From Candidatus Thorarchaeota archaeon (GTDB taxonomy: Archaea; Asgardarchaeota; Thorarchaeia; Thorarchaeales; Thorarchaeaceae), in NCBI GenBank assembly GCA_013388835.1, contig JACAEL010000026.1, positions 92,780 to 156,779 of the forward strand: a stretch of 64,000 nt of DNA, in the 5' to 3' direction. The notes beneath the pieces are model-generated. The model worked only from the letters and a program-made list of their open reading frames with translations, did no database searches and was not told the DNA's origin. Shown here piece by piece: positions 18,127 to 27,398 of the stretch. Position 1 is the first letter of the stretch. Each line of letters begins with the position of its first letter. The position numbers were made by a program, and so were the translations under genes.

Positions 18127-18558
18127 CTACTCCTTTGGAGAGATGAGTGGGAAGAGTTTGTTGTGGAAGAACTTAATGCCGGTCATGTGTGCCTCATAGA
18201 TGGCACTGAATGCATCATAAGATATGCCAGTGATGGGAATTGCGTTAGTCAGCACTATGTAGGACTTCTTGTCAACACCGAAGCTGACACCCACGAGACT
18301 GGCATTAGTCTTCAACAGCGTCTCGTAGATCGTTCTTCGACTCTTCAATGGTGTCTTCGAGAGGTCGTGAAGTCGAGTGGTGAGCGTTATCCAACTGGCC
18401 TCTGGGAACACCTCGATCTCTTCGGTCTTGGTGGGTCCGTGTGGAAATAGGCTGAAGGTCTTCTTCTCTTTCTCCTCGAACTCGACCTCCAGTCGTTTGA
18501 GGTACTCCTTTGCCAAGAACCATGTGGTGCTCACCGTAGACTCACCAGAAACACACAC
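18127..18558 (-). CDS. Hypothetical protein (143 aa; GTG start), unrecognised family.
   Basis: Protein-like K/E-rich composition (…FLAKEYLKRLEVEFEEKEKKTF…), lying 118 bp downstream of mutL on the same strand. A + strand ORF at 18052..18450 overlaps it and the two cannot be fully resolved from sequence alone. Confidence 0.4.
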   Translation of the reverse strand: MCVSGESTVSTTWFLAKEYLKRLEVEFEEKEKKTFSLFPHGPTKTEEIEVFPEASWITLTTRLHDLSKTPLKSRRTIYETLLKTNASLVGVSFGVDKKSYIVLTNAIPITGISYDAFSAIYEAHMTGIKFFHNKLFPLISPKE

Positions 18559-18676
18559 TGACGCAGTGCGAAGAGACTCATCGGTCTAATCAACTATCAG
18601 CAAATACCTAGTAAAACTCTTCGCTTTTTGTTGTTCTAGGTAGTTGCTGGGCAAATCATTCCCTACTGGCACTATC

Positions 18677-20437
18677 TCAGAGCAGTCTCTTGAAACGCAT
18701 GTCGAGCTCCTCCTGAGTGACCTTGATGAGGGTGGGCCTGCCATGCGGACAGTTGTATCTGTCGGGTGTCTTGGCCATGTCTTCAAGGAGTGCTCGAACC
18801 TCACCGATACTGAGAGGCTGACCTGCTCTGATTGCGGAGTGACAGGCAGTCACTTTGACTATCTCGTCCATGAAGTGCTCGCGTGCATGGTCCGTACCGG
18901 TTGAGAGAATGTCGTCGACAAGGGACACAATCTCCTTCTCTGATACCTGTCTGCCAAGGACTGCTGGCACCGATGAGACAAGGATCTCGTTACCGCCAAA
19001 GGAGCTTATTGAGAATCCGACAATGTCGAGCTGGTCAGTGAGAAGAAGCACGTCCTCCACATCTCTTGGGTCAAGACGAAGCACGATTGGCTCAAGGAGT
19101 TCCTGCGAGTATGCCTTGCCCTCGTTCACCTGTCTTCTGAGCCGCTCATACATGACACGTTCATGTGCTGCGTGCTGGTCCACTATGACGAGACCATCTT
19201 CGAACTCCAAGAGCAAGTATACGTTATTCATCTGTCCGATGATTCTGAAGAGCCCTCCCAAGTTCGGGATGTTCATGGTGGCCTCGTCAGGACTCGGTGG
19301 CGGTGTCTCCAAGACCGTCTTCTCCACCAGTGGCCATGTGGGAGTCCGCCTTGCCGGACCGGGAGCCGGTCTGTGGTGGGGGTAGTGTGATGGTGTTTCA
19401 TCGGACTGATGAAGGAAGTCCTCGAGCGTACCAGCAGGCTCGTATGGGGTCTCTTTCGTGATTGCGCGGTTGACGGACTCGTAGATGAGCTGGGTGACAA
19501 GGTCAATGTCCTGCAGACGAATCTCCTTCTTCGTGGGGTGGACATTGGGATCGACACTTCTCTTGTCCACAGTCACGTCGATGCAGCAGAGAGGGTGTCT
19601 GCCTCTCATGAGCAGGTTCTCGTAGGCAGCCTCGACTGCGCTGCTCATGCGCTCGTCGCATATGGGTCGTCTGAGGACAGAGAAGAGCATCCTCGACCGG
19701 TTGCCTCTTGTGATGTTCGGCCTGACAGCGAAGCCTTTCACCCTGACTCCGCTTCTCTCACCGTCTATTTCCACCAGGGAGCGGGCAATGTCAGAGCCCC
19801 AGAGGCTCACGACCCTGTCAACAGGACTCTGACCGGCTGGACATTCAATGATTGTCGTCCTATCACGACTGAGCCTGAAACCGATGTCATTCCTGACTAC
19901 TGCATGTGCTATGACGACATCGACAATCCTCTGCGCTTCGGTCTTGGGCTCTGCAAGGTGTTTTCTCCGGGCAGGGAACAGAGCGAACAACTCGGTGACA
20001 TCCACTGTGGTCCCTGGTGGACGGCTCGCCTCGGACACGGACACCTCTCCACCAGGACGTGAGACCAGCCTGGAGCCAGTCTGCTCTTCCCGAGCACGAG
20101 TCGTGATTATCAGATTGGCCACCGCCGCTATGCTTGCCAGTGCCTCGCCTCTGAAGCCATAAGTGGCAATAGCGTCGATATCACTTCTTGTCGCAATCTT
20201 GCTGGTGGAGTGACGTTCTATGCATATGGGAAGGTCTTCCTTCAGTATGCCACACCCGTTGTCAGCCACAACAATCTGGTCGATACCACCATTGGAAATG
20301 GAGATGTCTATGTGCGTCGCCCCGGCATCCAGTGAGTTCTCAACCAGTTCCTTGACTATAGATGCGGGGTTGTCAATCACCTCCCCGGCCGATATCAGGG
20401 CCACGACATCACTAGGCAAGACTCGAACTCTGCCCAT
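18677..20437 (-). CDS. mutL: DNA mismatch repair protein MutL: GHKL ATPase N-terminal domain and C-terminal dimerisation domain carrying the endonuclease motif.
   Basis: The N-terminus LPSDVVALISAGEVIDNPASIVKELVENSLDAGATHIDISI..DNGCGI carries the classic MutL/GHKL motifs. The C-terminal domain contains VIVDQHAAHERVMYERL, which fits DQHA(x)2E(x)4E, the endonuclease motif of MutH-independent MutL. Stop is TGA. Confidence 0.9.
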   Translation of the reverse strand: MGRVRVLPSDVVALISAGEVIDNPASIVKELVENSLDAGATHIDISISNGGIDQIVVADNGCGILKEDLPICIERHSTSKIATRSDIDAIATYGFRGEALASIAAVANLIITTRAREEQTGSRLVSRPGGEVSVSEASRPPGTTVDVTELFALFPARRKHLAEPKTEAQRIVDVVIAHAVVRNDIGFRLSRDRTTIIECPAGQSPVDRVVSLWGSDIARSLVEIDGERSGVRVKGFAVRPNITRGNRSRMLFSVLRRPICDERMSSAVEAAYENLLMRGRHPLCCIDVTVDKRSVDPNVHPTKKEIRLQDIDLVTQLIYESVNRAITKETPYEPAGTLEDFLHQSDETPSHYPHHRPAPGPARRTPTWPLVEKTVLETPPPSPDEATMNIPNLGGLFRIIGQMNNVYLLLEFEDGLVIVDQHAAHERVMYERLRRQVNEGKAYSQELLEPIVLRLDPRDVEDVLLLTDQLDIVGFSISSFGGNEILVSSVPAVLGRQVSEKEIVSLVDDILSTGTDHAREHFMDEIVKVTACHSAIRAGQPLSIGEVRALLEDMAKTPDRYNCPHGRPTLIKVTQEELDMRFKRLL

Positions 20438-20443
20438 CTGGGC

Positions 20444-22003
20444 TCACCTGTTCTTCGCAACGGAGAACTCCTCGATGCCGCCAACAAATGTGTTCTCCAC
20501 CACGATGTCCTTTATGCAGCTCGGGCTTGTTCGCAGAATGTTGTCCGACAGCACAACGAAGTCTGCGCGCTTGCCCACTGTGATGCTACCCGCGATGCGC
20601 TCCATGAAGGAGGCGTAGGCGCCCACAACAGTGTAGCATCGCAAAGCTTCTTCCACACTCAGTCTGACCTTTGGGTTCGGGTGCGTGGCGGCGGCCCATA
20701 TGCCATAGAGCGGTCCGTACGGCATACCGTCCGAACCAAAGCACACCCTTGCCCCATTGTCAAGCGCCACCCGGAACATGTTCATGCAGTCGACTCTATC
20801 ATCTTCGAAGCGGTCGTAGTAGAGTCCGCCTTCAAGCTGCCACGGAACGACGAAGTTGGGCTGCATGGAGAGGATGAGTCCCAGTGCTGTGGCACGGCGA
20901 ATCTGGTCCTCGCTTATCATCTCCGCATGCTCAATCCTGTGGCGCTGTGCTCTCATGAGTGACCTCTCATCGTCGCTCAGTGACTCGAATGTAGCAATGA
21001 GCATCTCAATGGCAGCATCGCCTATGGCATGGATGGCCGTCTGAAGTCCACCATGGACTGCGGTAGTGACCAGTCGCTTCAAGGCTCTGGGAGTAGTGAG
21101 AAGACGGCCCTTGTTCTTCCTGTCATCCTTGTAGGGCTCCGACACGGCCGCGGTGCGCGCGCCTATGGAACCGTCAATGAAGCTCTTGACACCACCAATT
21201 CGGACCATTGGACTGCCCATCCCAGATGTGATGCCCAGCTTGATCAGGTGCTCCATCTGCTTGTCCCTGATGTTGACGACCAGTCTTGCCGTCAACTCGT
21301 TGCTCGTCTCACATTCACGGATGAGCCGCAGTGTGCCAGGTTGAATGTTGTCAACCGCAGTGGTGATGCCATGCACATTCGCAATACGTGTGGCTGCAAC
21401 AACCCCTCTTCTGACCTCATCAGCGGTGGGATAGAGGGCCTTGTGTACGTCTGCCACGTCCCGATAGACCCCGATAGGGCGCCCCTTGGCGTCCTTCAAC
21501 ACGCCCTCTTGGTCCGGTATCGCCATCTGCTGCATAGCTGTGGTGTTTACTGATGTCAGGTGCATGTCAACGCGGTCCACTGCTATGGGATGATCTCTTG
21601 ACACAGCATCCAAGTCGGATGCAGTGATGTAGCGCTTTTCTGACCAGCGACTCTCGTCCCATCCATATCCTCGAATCCATTGGCCGGGAGCGTGCCGTGG
21701 CACAGCTTCTCTCAGGAGCGCTTGAACCTCCGCAATTGACTTTGCGTCGCTCAGTCTTACGTGGGACGCTCGTATGCCTTCGACAGTGATATGAGTATGA
21801 GCATCCACAAAGCCGGGTAGTGCGGTCTTGCCCCCAAGGTCGATGACCCGTCTGGCGGTGGGGAGAAGGTCTTCGATGTGTTCGTCCTTGCCGACAGCTA
21901 GGAACTTGAAGTTCTTGATTGCAAGGGTCGTAGCCATGGGCTGGGCTGGGTCCATGGTTATGATGTTGCCATTGAAGACCACGAGGTCTGCCTCAATCTT
22001 CAT
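20444..22003 (-). CDS. Amidohydrolase-3 family metal-dependent hydrolase (519 aa).
   Basis: The N-terminus …LAVGKDEHIEDL...RVIDLGGKTALPGFVDAHTHI is the amidohydrolase metal-binding HxH motif. A C-terminal ..DG.P..P...I.. block is also present. The gene ends 6 nt before the mutL start. Stop is TGA. Confidence 0.8.
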   Translation of the reverse strand: MKIEADLVVFNGNIITMDPAQPMATTLAIKNFKFLAVGKDEHIEDLLPTARRVIDLGGKTALPGFVDAHTHITVEGIRASHVRLSDAKSIAEVQALLREAVPRHAPGQWIRGYGWDESRWSEKRYITASDLDAVSRDHPIAVDRVDMHLTSVNTTAMQQMAIPDQEGVLKDAKGRPIGVYRDVADVHKALYPTADEVRRGVVAATRIANVHGITTAVDNIQPGTLRLIRECETSNELTARLVVNIRDKQMEHLIKLGITSGMGSPMVRIGGVKSFIDGSIGARTAAVSEPYKDDRKNKGRLLTTPRALKRLVTTAVHGGLQTAIHAIGDAAIEMLIATFESLSDDERSLMRAQRHRIEHAEMISEDQIRRATALGLILSMQPNFVVPWQLEGGLYYDRFEDDRVDCMNMFRVALDNGARVCFGSDGMPYGPLYGIWAAATHPNPKVRLSVEEALRCYTVVGAYASFMERIAGSITVGKRADFVVLSDNILRTSPSCIKDIVVENTFVGGIEEFSVAKNR

Positions 22004-22071
22004 GGGCTATCACATCTCTACCCGAGAATACGAATATAGACTTAGTGAGCTTCTTGAACGAGCTGCGTACA

Positions 22072-22719
22072 TCACTTGTCCTTGACTTTCTCCCAGTCCT
22101 TGAGAAACCTCTCGATACCAATGTCTGTCAGGGGATGGCTTATCATCTTGCTCAAGACATCCGGTGGGATTGTGACTATGTCGGCGCCGAGGAGGGCAGC
22201 CTCATGCACATGTATCGGATGTCTTACACTGGCAACAATCACCTCGGTCTCAAAGCCATAGTTGCCATAGATCTGTACGATGTCCTCTATGAGTGACATG
22301 CCCACATGGCCGACATCATCAAGCCTGCCGATGAATGGTGATACAAAGGTGGCACCTGCCTTGGCTGCCATTATCGCCTGATTTGCACTGAAACACAGTG
22401 TGACGTTCGTCTTGATGTCCTCTGAGGCAAGGACACGGACTGCCTTCAGTCCCTCCCACGTCAGGGGAATCTTGATGGCGGCATTCCCTATCCAGCTGTT
22501 GAGTTCTCTGGCCTCCTTGACCATCTCGACGGCGTTCTCAGCCACCACTTCGAGACTGATAGGTCCCTCGACGAATTCCGCTATCTCCTCGACGACCTTT
22601 CGGAAGTTGCGACCCTCTTTGGCCACAAGCGATGGGTTTGTTGTCACTCCGTCACACATGCCTCTGTCGTGGGCCTGACGGATTGCTTCAACATTAGCCG
22701 AGTCTATGAAGAACTTCAA
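22072..22719 (-). CDS. tal: Transaldolase / fructose-6-phosphate aldolase family (short TalB/Fsa type, 215 aa).
   Basis: [36 protein letters not shown]...[11 protein letters not shown]...[27 protein letters not shown] is the canonical short-transaldolase sequence, including the Schiff-base Lys region. Confidence 0.85.
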   Translation of the reverse strand: MKFFIDSANVEAIRQAHDRGMCDGVTTNPSLVAKEGRNFRKVVEEIAEFVEGPISLEVVAENAVEMVKEARELNSWIGNAAIKIPLTWEGLKAVRVLASEDIKTNVTLCFSANQAIMAAKAGATFVSPFIGRLDDVGHVGMSLIEDIVQIYGNYGFETEVIVASVRHPIHVHEAALLGADIVTIPPDVLSKMISHPLTDIGIERFLKDWEKVKDK

Positions 22720-22734
22720 GTATGGTCTCCTCCT

Positions 22735-23397
22735 TCAACTCTCCCCTGCAGCCGCCCGTAGCTCCCTCACTGCCTTCGATATGTCGCCTGTCCCAAAGAC
22801 CGACGAGCCTGCAACGAAGAAGTTAGCACCTGCTTCCCTCAGGCTTCTGATGTTGTCCTTGCTGACCCCGCCATCAACCGCAATCTGGACTGATGGCTTG
22901 CTGCTGTCCAGAAGCTCTCTGAGCCGACGAATCTTTCGGATGGAGTCCGGCTGGAACTTCTGTCCTCCGAATCCCGGGCAGACTGACATCACCAACACGT
23001 AGTCAATCCTGTCGAGCAGAGGTTCCACCCACTCTGCAGGTGAGCCCGGGTTCAGCGTAATGCCCGCCTTTGCTCCGAAATCGGTTATCAGCTGCACTGT
23101 CCGATATACATCGTACGTCGCTTCCACGTGGGGGTATATCAGTTCCACCCCGGCATCCACAAACTCAGGAATGTACTTGTCGGGGTTCGTGATCATCAGA
23201 TGGGCATCCAGAGGGGTCTTTGTGATTCTTCTCATCGTGCGTGCGACGATTGGCCCAAATGATATATTCGGGACGAAGTGACCATCCATCACGTCGATGT
23301 GGAAGTAGTCAGCTCCGCCTCTCTCCGCGGCCTTGATGTCGTCCTCCAGACGAGCGAAGTTGGCAGACAATATGGATGGAGCAATTATGGTCTTCAT
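22735..23397 (-). CDS. rpe: Ribulose-phosphate 3-epimerase.
   Basis: IAPSILSANFARLEDDIKAAERGGADYFHIDVMDGHFVPNISFGP...DAHLMI...ITLNPGSP...VLVMSVCPGFGGQKF...IAVDGGV is full-length RPE with the metal-binding His/Asp residues. It lies 15 nt upstream of tal. Confidence 0.9.
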   Translation of the reverse strand: MKTIIAPSILSANFARLEDDIKAAERGGADYFHIDVMDGHFVPNISFGPIVARTMRRITKTPLDAHLMITNPDKYIPEFVDAGVELIYPHVEATYDVYRTVQLITDFGAKAGITLNPGSPAEWVEPLLDRIDYVLVMSVCPGFGGQKFQPDSIRKIRRLRELLDSSKPSVQIAVDGGVSKDNIRSLREAGANFFVAGSSVFGTGDISKAVRELRAAAGES

Positions 23398-23805
23398 GTG
23401 TACGGTCTCCCGCTGGCATGGGGGCTTGGGGGGAGGTCGATGAGGGACCAGCCGTCGTGCCGTATATCGTTTGCTATTAGGCGACAGAGACAGCAGGCAT
23501 AGCCAAACCGGTCTGGGGATTCTTCAGGAGATGTCGACGCATCAGGATAGACTGGGTGCTCCTGCGTGAGGCGGTTGATGTGTGCAGTCTTGTGTGCTAG
23601 CAATCAATCCCGTCAAGGCGATGACTCGCGGCGTCCCCTGTGCCATACAGCGAGCGGCAGACTGACATCCCGACTCTGCAACGAGCGGCGCATTGTAGAC
23701 ACGGGCTCATGGTGGAAACGCGTTTTGCCACAACTGGGAACAAGAAAGAGGGGTATGCAGAGGATTGTGCCCCTGCATACATATTCCTAGACTAACAGCG
23801 TAGGT

Positions 23806-25695
23806 CTACCAGACAGTCATGCCGACGCCGTACGCCTTGTAGTAGTGGTAGAAGTACGCGTCATGCATGGGGTTGAACTGGTATCCGAACATGTAGTCGG
23901 CTTCCACATGGAATGACTGTGCCTGGTACGCCCAGATGTAAGCGCAGTGATCCACTATGGCGTCCTGAATCAGACCATAGTACTGCAGTCGGAGGGTGGC
24001 GTTCTGCGTCTGAGCTGCAGAGTTGATCCAGCCATCGACCAAGGCGGCATTCCAACCCGGTGAACCCGTAAGACCGATTCGGAGCGGGTAGGTACCTGTG
24101 CTCTTGACGAACGGACCAACGTAGTTGTCAGGGTCTGCGTAGTCAGGAGCCCAACCCAGGAAGAAGAGCGGGAGCTGCTTGTTCCTCACCTGGTAGAGGT
24201 ATGACGCCCACTCAAGCGCATTGACATTGATTGTCAGTGTCTGTGCCGGCTTGGTGGAGTCCGGGTGGTTCAGGATGGCAGTGATACCGTCCTTCATGAG
24301 GAGACAGGCTCTCTCGCGGTTGGTGTTGCCGCTGTTGTAGTATATGTCCAACGTGTAGCTCATGTTGGCAAGGATTGCGGGTAGACCCTTTGTCATGGCC
24401 TCGTTCCACTTATCAACAGCCTTCTCGATGTCGTACTCGTACATGAAGAGACTGTCGTTGTGGCCGAACATGCCTATTGGGATTGGTCCCTGTCCTTGCT
24501 GACCAAAGCCATTCAATACGTTGTCAATGTATGTTTTGTAGTTGAATGCGTAGGACAGTGACTCACGGAGCTCCTTTATCACAAACGGGCTAAGTACTGT
24601 ATTGCCGGAACGGTTCAAGTACTGGTTCATGTTAAATCCGAGGAACATCACATCGTAGGTTGGTTCTTGGGCCCACAGCTTCAGGAACGGATTGGCTGAC
24701 TTCAAGTTGCCGTCGCCGCTGGGACCAGTCACACCATTATAGATTTGTGTTGCGTGGCTGACAGGCCAGTAGCCGATGTCAGTCGTGTGGGACTGGAGGT
24801 TCAGAATCCTGCTGCTGACATCCTCGTTGGTCTTGATAGTGACCCTAGTGATGTTGCCTGCGTACGGGGTGACCTCTGTCTTTGCTGAAGCGGCACGCCA
24901 GTAGTTGGGGTTGACATCAAGCTGGATGTACTGGTCTGGCACCCACGCCGTGACCATGTACGGTCCGGTGCCACAGGTGTGCGAGTCGACGTAGTCGTTG
25001 TGTTCACCTATTGTGATGCCACCATGCGCCTCAACCCATGTTGGGCTCATCTGCGCACCGACTTCGTAGGTAATCGCGGCAAGGAATGCAGCGTATGGGT
25101 AGGCAAGGCGGAACCTGATGGTGTAGGTGTCAAGGACTATGATTGCACCTGTCCCTGCGTCATTAGCAGCCTTCCATGCAGTGTAGTTGCCGGCATGTTG
25201 TGGACTTCCCTCACCATACTCGTATGCGGCATCCTCAATTGCCTGTCCACCAAGGATTGGCTCGGCAAACATCCAGGCCGGTCCGAAGGTGTCGAAGAGT
25301 GCCATCACGCGCTCGAAGTTGTACTTGACACAGCTTGCATTGAAGGGTGTCCCGTCGTGGAACTTGACATTCTGGCGGAGAGTGAAGGTCCAGTTGAGGC
25401 CATCACCGGATACGGTGTATCCTGTAGCAAGCAGCGGCACTGATGGTGAGGTGTCAGCTGAATCCCAATCATACGTGTACAGGGTTTCATAGACATTGTA
25501 CGAGATCCATGAGCCGAATGACTCGTAGTCAGTATGGGGATCCAGATACTCGGGGTTACCGATTGTTTCATACACGATTTCGTTCTTTGCGGTCTTTATC
25601 TCCGGTCTGACGGGTTGCATGAACAGATAGGCCACACCGACAGAACCGACGATTACTACCACAATTACTATCGCGATAATCTGGTTCTTCTCCAA
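23806..25695 (-). CDS. ABC transporter substrate-binding protein, family 5 (Opp/Dpp/Nik-type), with an N-terminal membrane anchor.
   Basis: An N-terminal TM helix (IIAIVIVVVIVGSVGVAYLF) is followed by the SBP_bac_5 pattern (…VYETIGNPEYLDPHTDYESFGSWISYNVYETLYTYDW...). It is divergently oriented from the permease genes. Stop is TAG. Confidence 0.8.
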   Translation of the reverse strand: MEKNQIIAIVIVVVIVGSVGVAYLFMQPVRPEIKTAKNEIVYETIGNPEYLDPHTDYESFGSWISYNVYETLYTYDWDSADTSPSVPLLATGYTVSGDGLNWTFTLRQNVKFHDGTPFNASCVKYNFERVMALFDTFGPAWMFAEPILGGQAIEDAAYEYGEGSPQHAGNYTAWKAANDAGTGAIIVLDTYTIRFRLAYPYAAFLAAITYEVGAQMSPTWVEAHGGITIGEHNDYVDSHTCGTGPYMVTAWVPDQYIQLDVNPNYWRAASAKTEVTPYAGNITRVTIKTNEDVSSRILNLQSHTTDIGYWPVSHATQIYNGVTGPSGDGNLKSANPFLKLWAQEPTYDVMFLGFNMNQYLNRSGNTVLSPFVIKELRESLSYAFNYKTYIDNVLNGFGQQGQGPIPIGMFGHNDSLFMYEYDIEKAVDKWNEAMTKGLPAILANMSYTLDIYYNSGNTNRERACLLMKDGITAILNHPDSTKPAQTLTINVNALEWASYLYQVRNKQLPLFFLGWAPDYADPDNYVGPFVKSTGTYPLRIGLTGSPGWNAALVDGWINSAAQTQNATLRLQYYGLIQDAIVDHCAYIWAYQAQSFHVEADYMFGYQFNPMHDAYFYHYYKAYGVGMTVW

Positions 25696-26338
25696 TTTTC
25701 TTCCTCCTTAGAGAGGCTACTCGTCCGGGGCGCAACCACGCCCGGATCCCTTGTGTAGTCCCCGCCATCTGAACAAAGTATCACTAGATGACGAGTCGTC
25801 ACACATAGGCCAATGCATCCGGTTGTGGCATCTAATATAGCTTACTACTTCCGCTTAGTGGTTCTAGTTAGAGAACTGGTTGCAATGCTGCGGAGATTGG
25901 ACATATGAAACGCACTCTTGCAAGACTCCTATCTTTGAGTGCGAACGGTGTTACCGTTCTAATGCGCTTCTTGGTGAAGAGCGCATCCCCGGGCGGTTGC
26001 CAGATGTCGCTAGAACGATCTCAATCTTACAACGAGCACCCACATCGGGTGAATGGTAGAAACTCATCGTAGATGTGCCGCGATACTGCTTGCCTGTGCG
26101 TACTAGACTCAGGCATCAGTGCACATGCAACATGTGTATCTGATAGTAGTTTGTATAAAGCAACCGCAGCCTCATTGTGCTTAATCCGTAGTCGTTTTAA
26201 GGTGCCCACGATGGCATCTAATGTGCTGGGAGTGTGCCCCGGCAGTCAGTTAGCCTTAAGTGTCGATTCAGTGTGGCGGGGCACAATCCACAACAGGCAG
26301 GACCGTGAGCCTGCTTCATAGTCCCCGAGGCACAAGAC

Positions 26339-27394
26339 ATGAAGTTGCGTGATTTCATAATCAGGAGGATTCTCCTCGCCATTCCAGTGATTTTTGGAGT
26401 GGTCACAATCACATGGTTCCTGGCTTACATCGTCGGTGATCCGGTTGCGATGTTCGTCACTGAGAGAACACCTGACTCTGCCGTGCCCGGAATACGGCTC
26501 AGGTACGGGCTTGATGAGCCATTGTATGTTCAGTACTTCATATACCTCCGGAACTTGCTTCAAGGTGACTGGGGTCGAAGCTACAGCGAGGCTCAAGACG
26601 CGCCCGTCTTGACCGTGATTGCACAGAAGTTCCCTGCGACCATTGAACTTGCGATGATTGCCATGGTATTCGCAGTGATTCTCGGCATCCCACTGGGAAT
26701 TCTCTCTGCCACCAAGAAGGACAGACCGGTAGACCATGTGACGAGAGTGTTCTCGCTTGCTGGCGTTTCCATGCCCATCTTCTGGTTTGGGCTGATGCTC
26801 AAGTACGTGTTCTTCTACCAGTTCTGCATCAGCGGACTACCATATCTACCCGGAGACTCGCGGTTTGATCCAAATGTGTGGAGAGTTATGCTCGGGAACA
26901 ATGAGGGGTATGTACCTATCACGAATTTCCTGCTGCTGGACTCCCTTCTCTATCTATCCCCGGCGTGCTTCGTTGACGCGCTCAGGCACTTGATTCTTCC
27001 CGGATTCTGTTTGGGTTACTTGACACTGGCCATAATAACAAGGATGATGCGATCCAGTATGCTTGAGGTCCTCAAGGAGGACTACATCACACTCGCCCGG
27101 TCCAAGGGGCTGAAGGAGCGGACGGTCATCTACAAGCATGCTCTGAGGAATGCTCTCATTCCTACAGTCACGGTAGTTGGTCTTGCATTCGGTGGCCTCA
27201 TGTCAGGAGCTGTGCTAACCGAAACGATTTACAGCTGGCCCGGACTTGGTCGCTGGGCGACTAGGGCCATACTCCAGTCGGATCTCGCCGCCATCAACGG
27301 GTTCACTCTGCTTGTCGCTTTCATATTCGTGACAGCCAATCTACTCGTTGACCTGCTCTATGGAACACTGGACCCACGAATCAGGTTCGGATAG
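26339..27394 (+). CDS. ABC transporter permease, OppB/DppB-like.
   Basis: MKLRDFIIRRILLAIPVIFGVVTITWFLAYIVGDPV... is a BPD_transp_1 permease with the EAA-like loop (..RSKGLKERTVIYKHALRNALIPTVTV..). Stop TAG. Confidence 0.85.
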   Translation: MKLRDFIIRRILLAIPVIFGVVTITWFLAYIVGDPVAMFVTERTPDSAVPGIRLRYGLDEPLYVQYFIYLRNLLQGDWGRSYSEAQDAPVLTVIAQKFPATIELAMIAMVFAVILGIPLGILSATKKDRPVDHVTRVFSLAGVSMPIFWFGLMLKYVFFYQFCISGLPYLPGDSRFDPNVWRVMLGNNEGYVPITNFLLLDSLLYLSPACFVDALRHLILPGFCLGYLTLAIITRMMRSSMLEVLKEDYITLARSKGLKERTVIYKHALRNALIPTVTVVGLAFGGLMSGAVLTETIYSWPGLGRWATRAILQSDLAAINGFTLLVAFIFVTANLLVDLLYGTLDPRIRFG

Positions 27395-27398
27395 GAGG

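Noticed and set aside
18052-18450. A 132-aa + strand ORF overlapping the - strand hypothetical gene at 18127..18558.
   Set aside because: The - strand ORF has more protein-like composition and sits in operon-like position after mutL. The + strand ORF is convergent with the giant gene terminator region and lacks an RBS.
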